From: an uncultured Chloroflexota bacterium
Lineage (GTDB): Bacteria > Chloroflexota > Chloroflexia > Thermomicrobiales > UBA6265
Length of the DNA stretch: 54,926 nucleotides
NCBI GenBank assembly: GCA_937870845.1
Contig: CALMZR010000248.1
Location: forward strand, 1 to 54,926
Direction of reading: 5' to 3'
Below, one piece after another: positions 41,333 to 49,934 of this stretch; position 1 is the stretch's first letter, and each line of letters begins with the position of its first letter. Position numbers and translations under genes: made by a program. The notes below the pieces were generated by a model. It worked only from the letters and a program-made list of their open reading frames with translations. It was not told where the DNA came from and ran no database searches.

Positions 41333-41347
41333 GGTGGCCGCCGACGC

Positions 41348-42616
41348 TCACCCGTCCCGATCCCCCATCCCGTACCGGATCGCCGCGTCCACAAAGATCC
41401 GCGGCGCCTGCTGCAACGCCAGCAGGCTCACCCACTCGTTCGGCCCATGCGCCAGCGGCAGCAACCCCGGCCCAAACGCCGCCAGCGTCGGAATCCCCCC
41501 CTGCCCGTGGAACGGCCACGCATCCGTCGCCCCCGGAAACGCTGCCAGCGGCGGCGCCTCCCCCAGCACGTCGGCCGCCGCGCGCTCAACGGCCCGCACC
41601 ATCGGATCGTCGGGCAAGACTTCCGTCGGCGCCATCCAGGCCAGATTGGGGTTGAACTCCCAATCGATCGTCGCGCCCGGAACCAGCGCCCGTATCCGTT
41701 CCAGCGCCGCCTCCACATCCTCCGCCAGCGCCTCCTGCGTCATCCCCGGCGTCGTCCGAATATCGCACCAGAACTCCGCGTGCCCAGGCAGCACGCCATA
41801 GCCCACGCCGCCCAGCGCCTTCACCCCGAGGTTTATCGTGGGTCCGCTCGGGCAAAGCGGATGCTCCGGATAGCGCAATCGCAGCTCGCGCCGAAACGCC
41901 ACCAGCACGTTCGCCATCGCCTCCACCGCGTTGACCGTCGGCATCTGATCGGAGATCGACGAGTGCGTCTGCGTCCCCCCGACGACCACCCGGAACCCGC
42001 AAAATCCGCGCGAGATGACCCGAATCGCCTCCCAGTCCTCGTGGACCCCCGCCGGCTCGCCCAGCAGAATCGCGTCCGCCTCGATCGCGTTCGTGCGCAC
42101 CAGATACGAAGCGCCGAAGTGGCTCCCGTACTCCTCGTCGGCGGTGAAGATCAGGCTCAACGACCCCGCGGCCCGATCCGCCACCCTGGCAAACGCCGCC
42201 CCCGCCAGCACCATCGCCGCGCAGGATCCCTTCATGTCGGTAGAACCGAGCCCGTAGAGGCGATCCCCCTCGATCGTCGGCGCGAACGGATCGGTTCGCC
42301 ACTCTGCGGCCGCTTCCCCCACCGGCTTCGTATCGAGATGCCCGCACAGCGCCAGATGCGGCCCCGGCCGCGCCCCATCGATGCGCACGATGAGATTCGG
42401 CCGATGCGGCTGCTCCGCCAGCACACGCGCCGCCGGCAACCCGTAGTGCGCCACCGCCCGCTCGATCACCGCCGCCGGAGCCGTCTCGTCCCCCGGCAGA
42501 TTCGGGCTCGGCGCGGCCACGAGCGCCGACGTGAGGGCGATCACCTCCCCCTCGCGCTCAGCCAGAAACCGGTCGGCCTCGACCAGCATGGCCCGCGTCG
42601 GATCGATCTCGCCCAT
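41348..42616 (-). CDS. M20 family metallopeptidase (ArgE/DapE/ACY1/CPG2-like deacylase)
   Basis: LALCGHLDTKPVG, LYGLGSTDMKG, FTADEEYGS and PGATDAW. Confidence 0.85.
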   Translation of the reverse strand: MGEIDPTRAMLVEADRFLAEREGEVIALTSALVAAPSPNLPGDETAPAAVIERAVAHYGLPAARVLAEQPHRPNLIVRIDGARPGPHLALCGHLDTKPVGEAAAEWRTDPFAPTIEGDRLYGLGSTDMKGSCAAMVLAGAAFARVADRAAGSLSLIFTADEEYGSHFGASYLVRTNAIEADAILLGEPAGVHEDWEAIRVISRGFCGFRVVVGGTQTHSSISDQMPTVNAVEAMANVLVAFRRELRLRYPEHPLCPSGPTINLGVKALGGVGYGVLPGHAEFWCDIRTTPGMTQEALAEDVEAALERIRALVPGATIDWEFNPNLAWMAPTEVLPDDPMVRAVERAAADVLGEAPPLAAFPGATDAWPFHGQGGIPTLAAFGPGLLPLAHGPNEWVSLLALQQAPRIFVDAAIRYGMGDRDG

Positions 42617-42618
42617 CT

Positions 42619-43767
42619 CTAATCCGCCAGCAACGCCGCCGACTGCGGGTTGAACACCACCGTCAGCGTCTCGCCCATCGGGTGCTCCCCCTCCCCCACC
42701 GCCCGATTCTGCCGATGCACCGCCAACTCCTGCCCGCCCGGCAGCCGCAGCACATACTGCGTGTACGTCCCGACGTAGATGATCTCCTCCAGCCGCCCGC
42801 TGAGCCGGTCCCAGCCGGGGATCTCCGACCCAGGCAAGTCGGCCATCAGGGAGATCTTCTCCGGCCGCACGGCCAGCGTCATCGTTCCCTGCGCCGGAAC
42901 GCCCTCCGGCGGTCGGGCGCGCAGCGGTCCCGATCCCGGCAGATCGACCTCCACCGCAGCCCCGTCCGACCCGATCACCTCGACCTCGAGAAAATTCGTC
43001 TGCCCGATGAAGTCGGCCACGAACCGCGTCCGCGGCCGTTCGTAGATATCCCCCGGCGTGCCCAGTTGCAGGATGCGCCCCTCGTTCATGACCGCGATGC
43101 GGTCGGACATGGTGAGCGCTTCTTCCTGGTCGTGGGTGACGTAGACGAACGTCGCCCCCACCTCCCGGTTGAGCTGCTTCAATTCGAGCTGCATCGTCTT
43201 GCGCAGCTTCAAATCGAGCGCGCCCAACGGCTCATCCAACAGCAGCACCGCCGGCCGGTTGACCAGCGCCCGCGCCAGCGCCACCCGCTGCTGCTGCCCG
43301 CCCGATAGCTCCGCCGGCTTGCGGTTCTCCACGTGCGGCAGCCGCACCATATCCAGCGCCTCGGCCACCCGCCGCTGCCGCTCCGGCTTCGGCACGCCCG
43401 TCATCTCCAATCCGTAGCTGACGTTCTGGCCGACCGTCATGTGCGGGAAAAGCGCGTAGTTCTGAAACACCGTATTGACCGGCCTCCGGTACGGCGGCCG
43501 ATCCCCCATCGCCTCCCCCTCGATGACGATCTCCCCCGCCGAGGGCAGCTCGAACCCGCCGATCATGCGCAGCGTTGTCGTCTTGCCACAGCCGGAAGGC
43601 CCCAGCAGCGTCAGAAACTCCCCTTGCCGCACCTCCAGCGAGATGCCGCTCACCGCGGGGACCTGGCCGAAGAACTTGCTCACGTCCCGCAGCTCGATGC
43701 TCGGCGTCCCCCCGAACCGGCCCGCGTCGGCCCTCACCGGCGTCTCGGTCATCAGCGCCTGCGCCAT
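42619..43767 (-). CDS. ABC transporter ATP-binding protein, PotA (spermidine/putrescine) type
   Basis: Walker A GPSGCGKTT, signature LSGGQQQRVALARAL, Walker B LLLDEPLGALD. C-terminal regulatory (TOBE-like) domain. Confidence 0.9.
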   Translation of the reverse strand: MAQALMTETPVRADAGRFGGTPSIELRDVSKFFGQVPAVSGISLEVRQGEFLTLLGPSGCGKTTTLRMIGGFELPSAGEIVIEGEAMGDRPPYRRPVNTVFQNYALFPHMTVGQNVSYGLEMTGVPKPERQRRVAEALDMVRLPHVENRKPAELSGGQQQRVALARALVNRPAVLLLDEPLGALDLKLRKTMQLELKQLNREVGATFVYVTHDQEEALTMSDRIAVMNEGRILQLGTPGDIYERPRTRFVADFIGQTNFLEVEVIGSDGAAVEVDLPGSGPLRARPPEGVPAQGTMTLAVRPEKISLMADLPGSEIPGWDRLSGRLEEIIYVGTYTQYVLRLPGGQELAVHRQNRAVGEGEHPMGETLTVVFNPQSAALLAD

Positions 43768-43805
43768 CGCTGTACCCCTTGTCCGCCCCTTACCCCCGGT
43801 GAAGG

Positions 43806-43847
43806 CCCCGCTCCCATCGCGAAGGGAGAGGGGCTGAGGTGAGGGCC
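43806..43847 (+). repeat. Repeat family R3 copy, inside an operon (intercistronic)
   Basis: ccccgctcccatcgcgaagggagaggggctgaggtgagggcc. Confidence 0.6.
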
Positions 43848-43850
43848 CGT

Positions 43851-44702
43851 TTATCCTCCAAGCGTCGCCTGCTTGGACAATCGATTCGAAACCAGCACCG
43901 CCGCCAGCGACACCAGCACGATCACCGTCGCCGTGGCGTTGATCTCCGGCGACAGCCCGATCCGCAACCGCCCCCAGATCAGCAACGGCAGCGTCGGCTC
44001 CCGCCCCTGCAGGAAGAACGAGACGATCACCTCGTCGAACGACAAGGTGAACGCCAGCACGGCCCCCGCCAGGATCGCCGGCCGGATCAGCGGAAACGTC
44101 ACCCGCCAGAACGTGCGCCACGGCGGCGCCCCCAGATCGGCCGAGGCCTCCGAAATGTTGCGCGGCAACTGCCCCAGCCGCGCCACCACCGTGTTCAGCA
44201 CCAGCGCGATGCAGAACGTCGTGTGCCCGATGATCAGCGTCCACCGCGACATCGGCCACGTCAGCACGCTGAAAAACGACAGCATCGCCACCCCGGTGAC
44301 GATGCCCGGCAACGTGATCGGCAGCACCACCGCGAAGCGCAGCGCCGCCTTCCCCGGAAACTCGTACCGGTCGATGGCCAGCGCCGCCAGCGTGCCCAGC
44401 ACCACCGCGATCGACGCCGAGACGACGCCGATGATCACCGAGAGCTGCAGCGCCTCGTGGATCTCCTTGTCCCGCGACAGCTCGCGGTACCAGTCGAGCG
44501 TCCACCCCTCGATCGGCCAGACGGCGATCTCCGCAGCGCTGAACGAGTAGACGACCACGACCACCAGTGGCAGATACAGAAACAGAAAGACCAGCAGCGA
44601 AACAAGCGCCAGCGCCCGGTCCCCCGCGCCAGACCGGCCAAGCAGGCCCCTCCGCGCGGGCCGCGGGCGCCCGTCGACCGAAACGGGCAGGGCGCTGCTC
44701 AC
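43851..44702 (-). CDS. ABC transporter permease, PotC-like
   Basis: Six hydrophobic segments. EAA region EASADLGAPPWRTFWRVTFPLIRP. The GTG start overlaps the upstream stop (GTGA). Confidence 0.87.
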   Translation of the reverse strand: MSSALPVSVDGRPRPARRGLLGRSGAGDRALALVSLLVFLFLYLPLVVVVVYSFSAAEIAVWPIEGWTLDWYRELSRDKEIHEALQLSVIIGVVSASIAVVLGTLAALAIDRYEFPGKAALRFAVVLPITLPGIVTGVAMLSFFSVLTWPMSRWTLIIGHTTFCIALVLNTVVARLGQLPRNISEASADLGAPPWRTFWRVTFPLIRPAILAGAVLAFTLSFDEVIVSFFLQGREPTLPLLIWGRLRIGLSPEINATATVIVLVSLAAVLVSNRLSKQATLGG

Positions 44703-45601
44703 GCCGCGGTCCTCCCCAACGCGCCGAACCGATTGGCGACGGCGATGAACAGCGAGACGAGAACGAGAATCGGCACGACCAGCGTCGCCCCCAGCGGCCA
44801 GTTGTTCGACATCCCGAAGTTATCCGCCACCAGCCGCCCGATCATCTGGTCCCCCGGCCCGCCCAGCAGCGTCGGCGTGATGTAGTCCCCCAGCGTCAGG
44901 CTGAACACGCTCAGGCTCCCCGCCAGAATCCCCGGCAGCGACAGCGGCAGGATGACCGAGCGAAACGTCCGCCAGGGATTGGCCCCCAGGTCGGACGCGG
45001 CCTCGATGAAGCTGTTCGGCAGCCGGTCCAGCACGGTAAACAGCGGCAAGATCATGAACGGCAACCACACCTGACTGAAGGTGAGAAACATCGCCGTCTT
45101 GGAGTAGAGGAACGCCGTTGCCGGCTGGTCGATGACTCCAACGGTCAGCAGAAACGAGTTGAGGATGCCGTTCGTCCCCAGGATCGTCTTCCAGGCGAAG
45201 ACCCGAATCAGGTACGAGCTCCACAGCGGAAAGATGACCAGCAACAGCAGCAGCTCGCGATGCTTCGTCACCCGCTTGGCCAAGAAGTACGCCAGCGGAA
45301 AGGCTAAACACAGATCGGCCAGCGTCACCACCGCCGCCATCGCTGCTGTCCGCCCCAGCACCCGCAAATAGAGATCGTTCGTCAACAGCGTCCGAAAGTT
45401 CTCGAGGGTAAACGTCCGCTGGATCGTCAGGTAGTCGACCGACCAGAACGCGTGGACGAGCAGGATGACCAGCGGCACGAGGTAAAAGAAAACCATCCAC
45501 CCCAGCGGCCCCGGCAGCAGCAGCCACAACCCGCCCGGCCTCCGCTCCGAGCGAGCCGCCGCGATGGTCTGCTCACTGGTTGGCGCGGCAATCGAGGCCA
45601 T
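44699..45601 (-). CDS. ABC transporter permease, PotB-like
   Basis: EAASDLGANPWRTFRSVILPLSLPG. Start at ATG 45601 (alternative GTG 45652). Confidence 0.85.
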   Translation of the reverse strand: MASIAAPTSEQTIAAARSERRPGGLWLLLPGPLGWMVFFYLVPLVILLVHAFWSVDYLTIQRTFTLENFRTLLTNDLYLRVLGRTAAMAAVVTLADLCLAFPLAYFLAKRVTKHRELLLLLVIFPLWSSYLIRVFAWKTILGTNGILNSFLLTVGVIDQPATAFLYSKTAMFLTFSQVWLPFMILPLFTVLDRLPNSFIEAASDLGANPWRTFRSVILPLSLPGILAGSLSVFSLTLGDYITPTLLGGPGDQMIGRLVADNFGMSNNWPLGATLVVPILVLVSLFIAVANRFGALGRTAA

Positions 45602-45708
45602 CGATAATCCCGTTCCCCGTGAGGCCCGCGATGATACCCCGATCCCGGCCACGTCGTGTCACACGGTATCCGGATTGGCGCCCCGGCTGTCCCGGTCTCC
45701 GACCGAGC

Positions 45709-45762
45709 AAAGCCCCCCTCTCCTCTGCGCACAGGGAGAGGGGGGGTAGGGGGGTGAGGGCC
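45709..45762 (+). repeat. Repeat family R3 copy
   Basis: aaagcccccctctcctctgcgcacagggagagggggggtaggggggtgagggcc. Confidence 0.7.
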
Positions 45763-45772
45763 AGCCGCGCCC

Positions 45773-46930
45773 CTACCCCGCCGTGACCTCCTGCCAGATC
45801 GCCAGCCACTGGTCGTAGTTCGGCACGTTGCGCCACATCAGGATGCTGTCGTACCCCTCCTCGATGTTGTCCATCAGCAGCGCCTCGCGCAGCTCCGGCT
45901 CGAGCCCCTCGATGACCGTGCGGTTGGTGATGGCGTACCCGTTGTTGTTGAGCACCCCCATCTGGCCGTCGGGACCGATCATGTAGTCCATCCACTTGTA
46001 GGCCAGATCGACGTTCTGGGCGCCGCTGGTGATCATCCAGGAGTCGGACCAGCCGGTCACGCCCTCTTCCGGGATCACCTCGGCCACCGGCACGCCCTGC
46101 TCCTTCAGCCCCAGCCCGACGTACGGCCAGGCGTCGGAGATGATCACCTCGCCGCTGGCGTAGAGCTGCTTCAGCTCGTCGCCGAGGTTCCAGTAGGTGC
46201 GGATCAGCGGCCGCTGCTGCACGAGGAGGTCGCGCACCTGCGCCAGTTGTTCCTCATCGAGGACGTACGGATCCTCCGGCGTCGGGTCGAGCAGCAGCGC
46301 GTACTGGGCGATCTGGATCGGCGCGTTCCAGGTCGAGATCTTGCCGGCGTACTGCTCATCCAGCAGAGCGCGCCAGGAGGTCGGCTCCTCCGTCACCTCC
46401 TCGGTGTTGTAGAGCATCAGCGTCGGGCCCCAGGCGAAGTTGGCCCCGTACAGCTCGCCGTCCTTGGTGATGTACTCCGGCATTTGGAACTGCTCGTACA
46501 GGTCGTCGTAGTTCGTCAGCCGGCTCGGAGCGATCGGCTGCACCAACCCAGCGTCGATCAGCCGCTGCGAGACGTCATTCGACGCCGAGACGAGGTCGAA
46601 GTTCGAGCCGCCGCCGGCTTGCAAGCGGCCAAACGCGTCGTCCGACGACGACATCGGCGTGGCGTTGATGGTCGCGTCGTTCTCTTCCTCGAACTTGGCG
46701 GCGAAGGAGGGATCGGCGTACCCCTCCCAGATGACCATCGTCAGCTCGTTCGACTGCGCCCGCGCCGGCTCTTCGCCGAGCAGCGTGCCCAGCGCCGTCG
46801 TCATCCCCAGCGCGCCGAAAAGCTTGCCCAGGTCGCGGCGGCTGATCTCGCCCGAGCGGACCCCCGCCATCACCGCGGCTGGCTCCATGGCCATCAGTCG
46901 ATCGATCGTTTGATCGGATTCCTGCGTCAT
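45773..46930 (-). CDS. ABC transporter substrate-binding protein, PotD/PotF-like, Tat signal
   Basis: GAGGAG precedes ATG 46930. ISRRDLGKLFGALGMTTALGTLL signal. ELTMVIWEGYADPSF... is typical of polyamine-type SBPs. Confidence 0.82.
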   Translation of the reverse strand: MTQESDQTIDRLMAMEPAAVMAGVRSGEISRRDLGKLFGALGMTTALGTLLGEEPARAQSNELTMVIWEGYADPSFAAKFEEENDATINATPMSSSDDAFGRLQAGGGSNFDLVSASNDVSQRLIDAGLVQPIAPSRLTNYDDLYEQFQMPEYITKDGELYGANFAWGPTLMLYNTEEVTEEPTSWRALLDEQYAGKISTWNAPIQIAQYALLLDPTPEDPYVLDEEQLAQVRDLLVQQRPLIRTYWNLGDELKQLYASGEVIISDAWPYVGLGLKEQGVPVAEVIPEEGVTGWSDSWMITSGAQNVDLAYKWMDYMIGPDGQMGVLNNNGYAITNRTVIEGLEPELREALLMDNIEEGYDSILMWRNVPNYDQWLAIWQEVTAG

Positions 46931-47135
46931 TCCCGCGCTCCTCTCATCCACGAGCCATCGCGCGGCTCGCCATCGAGCCGCGACCGCGCCGGCGCCCACC
47001 CCGATCGAGGGCAGCCCACCGAGCCGTTTATGAAACCGCGCGCACGGTAGCGCCTGCACGCCGCGGAGTCAAGATGTTTTGACTCTCTCGCCGCGGCAGC
47101 CTCGCAAGAGCTCCAGAGGTGCGATTGATGGGGCG

Positions 47136-48035
47136 CTACCCCCGCAGAATCGGCCGCGTCAGGCAGGTCGGCCCGCCCGCGCGATTGTGGGAAATCTCGT
47201 CGCCCGTGTACGAAAGCACCGTGCAACCCACCGATTCCAGCCGGCCACGCGTGATGGGACTCCCCTCGCAAACCAGCACCCGCATCGGGGCCAGCGCCAG
47301 CACGTTGCACCCGTGCCGGTCGAACTCCTCGTCGGGAACCTCGACGAACGACCACCCGCGCCGCCCAAGCTCCTCGACGAACGGCACGGACATCAGCGGC
47401 AGGTAGACGACGGCCAGCCGCTCGGCCACGGGGCTGATGAACGACATCAGGTGCAGGCACTCCCCCGGCCCCCGCCAGTGCGGCAGATCGACGGTGTAAA
47501 CCTCGATGCCGCCCGGCTCCAGGATGCCCCGGAGTTGCCGGATGCCCTCGTCGTTCGTGCGGTAGCCGCGGCCCACGGCGAGCGTCCGCTCATCCAGCCA
47601 GAGCGTATCGCCCCCGTCGACCGTCCCCGGCGCTTCGATCCGCCCGATGATGGGAACATTCATCGCCTCGTACGAGCCCTCGGCAAGCGCCACCTCCGGC
47701 AACCGCAGTTCCTTCCCAAGCCGCAGCAACACCGCTCCGGCGTCAGTCATCATCGACGGGTCGTACGCGAAGATGGCGTCGAGCAGCCCGGCCTGATCGG
47801 GACCATCCTCGACCACCTCGACGCCCGCGTCTCGCAAGAGCGCCCGAAACGCCTCATGCTCTCGCAAGGCTCGGTCGTGATCCACGCGGTTGGGGTAGCC
47901 AAACGCGGTGTGTTCGCTTCTTGTCGCCGGCGCCGCGGGCCGACGCACGAGCACGCGCCGCAGCGGCGCCGTCATGCTCTGGCCGCCCCAGGCCCGGTCC
48001 ATGGCAACGGCGTCGGTCTCCGCGAGCAAAGTCAT
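47136..48035 (-). CDS. Amidinotransferase-fold hydrolase (dimethylarginine dimethylaminohydrolase / arginine deiminase-like)
   Basis: GTVDGGDTLWL, AVGRGYRTN, HLMSFISP and a C-terminal catalytic-Cys context GGPTCLTRP. GAGGAGGG precedes the ATG. Confidence 0.82.
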   Translation of the reverse strand: MTLLAETDAVAMDRAWGGQSMTAPLRRVLVRRPAAPATRSEHTAFGYPNRVDHDRALREHEAFRALLRDAGVEVVEDGPDQAGLLDAIFAYDPSMMTDAGAVLLRLGKELRLPEVALAEGSYEAMNVPIIGRIEAPGTVDGGDTLWLDERTLAVGRGYRTNDEGIRQLRGILEPGGIEVYTVDLPHWRGPGECLHLMSFISPVAERLAVVYLPLMSVPFVEELGRRGWSFVEVPDEEFDRHGCNVLALAPMRVLVCEGSPITRGRLESVGCTVLSYTGDEISHNRAGGPTCLTRPILRG

Positions 48036-48140
48036 GGCGAACCGCCCTCCTCGAGCGAACCCGGTAAGTCCGGGCCGCGCCTATCCTTCTGACGACACAT
48101 TGAAGCACGGACGGGCAGTTGGCAAAGGGGCATCGGGCAG

Positions 48141-49393
48141 TGGCGCGCATCGCGGTCTTCGATCCATTCTCCGGCGCAAGCGGCGACATGATCCTCGGCT
48201 CGCTCCTGGATGCTGGCCTCGACCTGGGAGTGATCGAGAATGCAATCGCTCGCCTTGGCCTGGAAGGCGTCACACTCTCCGCTGAGTCGGATCGGCGCGG
48301 GGCGATCCCGGGCACGACAGTGCGCATCCGGGCTCCCGCGGAGCAACCCTCGCGCGATTGGCGCTCAATCCGGGCGCTCCTGGCCAATTGCTCTCTGGAC
48401 GAGTCCGTCCGAGAAGCGGCTCTCGCCGTCTTCTCCACGCTCGCCCAGTCCGAAGCCCAGGCGCACGGCGAGCCGGTCGACCGCGTGCATTTCCACGAGG
48501 TCGGCGCCGTCGACGCCATCGTCGATATCGTCGGCGCCTGCGTCGGCCTGCACCAACTCGGCGTGGACCGGGTCGTCTCCCATCCGGTGGCCGTCGGCTC
48601 GGGCTGGGCGCGCTCGTCGCACGGCTTGCTCCCCGTTCCGGCTCCGGCGACGGCCAACATCCTGACACGCTACGCGATCCCGACCCGCCCCGCTCCGGCC
48701 GGCCACGCCGGCCCGGGCGAGTTACTGACGCCAACTGGAGCGGCCATCCTGGGAACCCTGGCGACGTGGACCGTCCCGTCCTTTACACCCCAGGTCGTCG
48801 CCTACGGATTCGGCAGCCGCGAGCTGCCCTGGCCCAACGCCCTCCGCCTCTGGATCGGCGAATCGCTGGACCAGCCGGAAGCCGGTGCCGAGGACGAGCT
48901 ACTTCTCGAAACGAACATCGACGACATGAACCCCCAGTTCTTCGAACCCCTTTCCGAGCGCCTCTTCGCCGCCGGAGCGCTCGACGTCTGGCTGACCCCG
49001 GTCACCATGAAGAAGGGCCGGCCGGCGACCGTCGTCTCGGCCATCGTCCCGGCTGAGCGACGAGAAGAAGTCGAGCACGTCCTCTTCGTTGAGAGCACCA
49101 CGCTCGGCGTCCGCGCCACGGCAATTTCGCGCACCCGCGCTGCGCGCCGCTTCGAGGTCGTCGCGACCCGCTGGGGGGACGTCCGGCTCAAGCTGCGCGG
49201 CTGGAACGGCCGGGTTCTCGCGGCCATGCCGGAATACGAGGACTGCCTGCTCCTGAGCCGGGAGCGTGGCGTGCCGATCGCCGAGATTTGGGACGAGGCG
49301 AAACGGTTGGGGGACGTCTTTGTCGGTCGGCGTTGGCCCGGAGGGGCGACCTCATCCGCCTCTGCCGTCACCGAAACCGAACCCAGGCAATAA
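48141..49393 (+). CDS. larC: Nickel-pincer cofactor biosynthesis protein LarC (nickel insertion, DUF111)
   Basis: IAVFDPFSGASGDMILGSLLDAG, HFHEVGAVDAIVDIVG, ETNIDDMNPQ and VTMKKGRPA. GTG 48141 (alternative TTG 48119). Confidence 0.88.
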
Positions 49394-49916
49394 GCACCGG
49401 CAGCACGGCGAAGAGCAGGTCCGGGACCGGACGAAGATTGAGGGCGCGTTGCGCGGCCGGCCCAAATTCGCTCAGGGCCGCGAGCTCGACGCCGAGCCGC
49501 TGCGCCAGAATGACCCGGCTCAGGACAATCCCGAACAGCACGATCACGATGGCGATGGCCTGCAAGTCCGACCCGCGCGGCTTGCGCAGAAACCTCACCA
49601 TCATCTCCACCGTGCCGAAGCCGAGCAAGAGCGCCCAGTAGAAACCCCACGCCGGGTAGAATCCCCAACCGATTCCGGCCAGGGCCGCAACCACCAGTCC
49701 CGCCCCGGCGGCGACAACCGTCTGCGTCGGATTGGCGGCGACAGATGAGCGTGTTCCGGCGCAATCGGGGCACCGCATCCCGACCGGCGTGCGCACCCCA
49801 CAGCGCGGGCAGATCGGCTTGCCGCACCGCGAGCAACGCAGCCGCGTCTCCACGTCCGGATGATCGGCGCACGGGACAGGTCCGGCGCCGACGAAAGCCT
49901 GGGATACGTCCGTCAT
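49368..49916 (-). CDS. Membrane protein with an N-terminal Cys-rich zinc-ribbon (B-box-like) domain
   Basis: CADHPDVETRLRCSRCGKPICPRCGV...GMRCPDC followed by four hydrophobic segments. The 3' end overlaps the larC 3' end by 26 nt (convergent). Confidence 0.7.
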   Translation of the reverse strand: MTDVSQAFVGAGPVPCADHPDVETRLRCSRCGKPICPRCGVRTPVGMRCPDCAGTRSSVAANPTQTVVAAGAGLVVAALAGIGWGFYPAWGFYWALLLGFGTVEMMVRFLRKPRGSDLQAIAIVIVLFGIVLSRVILAQRLGVELAALSEFGPAAQRALNLRPVPDLLFAVLPVLIAWVRFR

Positions 49917-49934
49917 CGCGACGGCTCCACGCGG

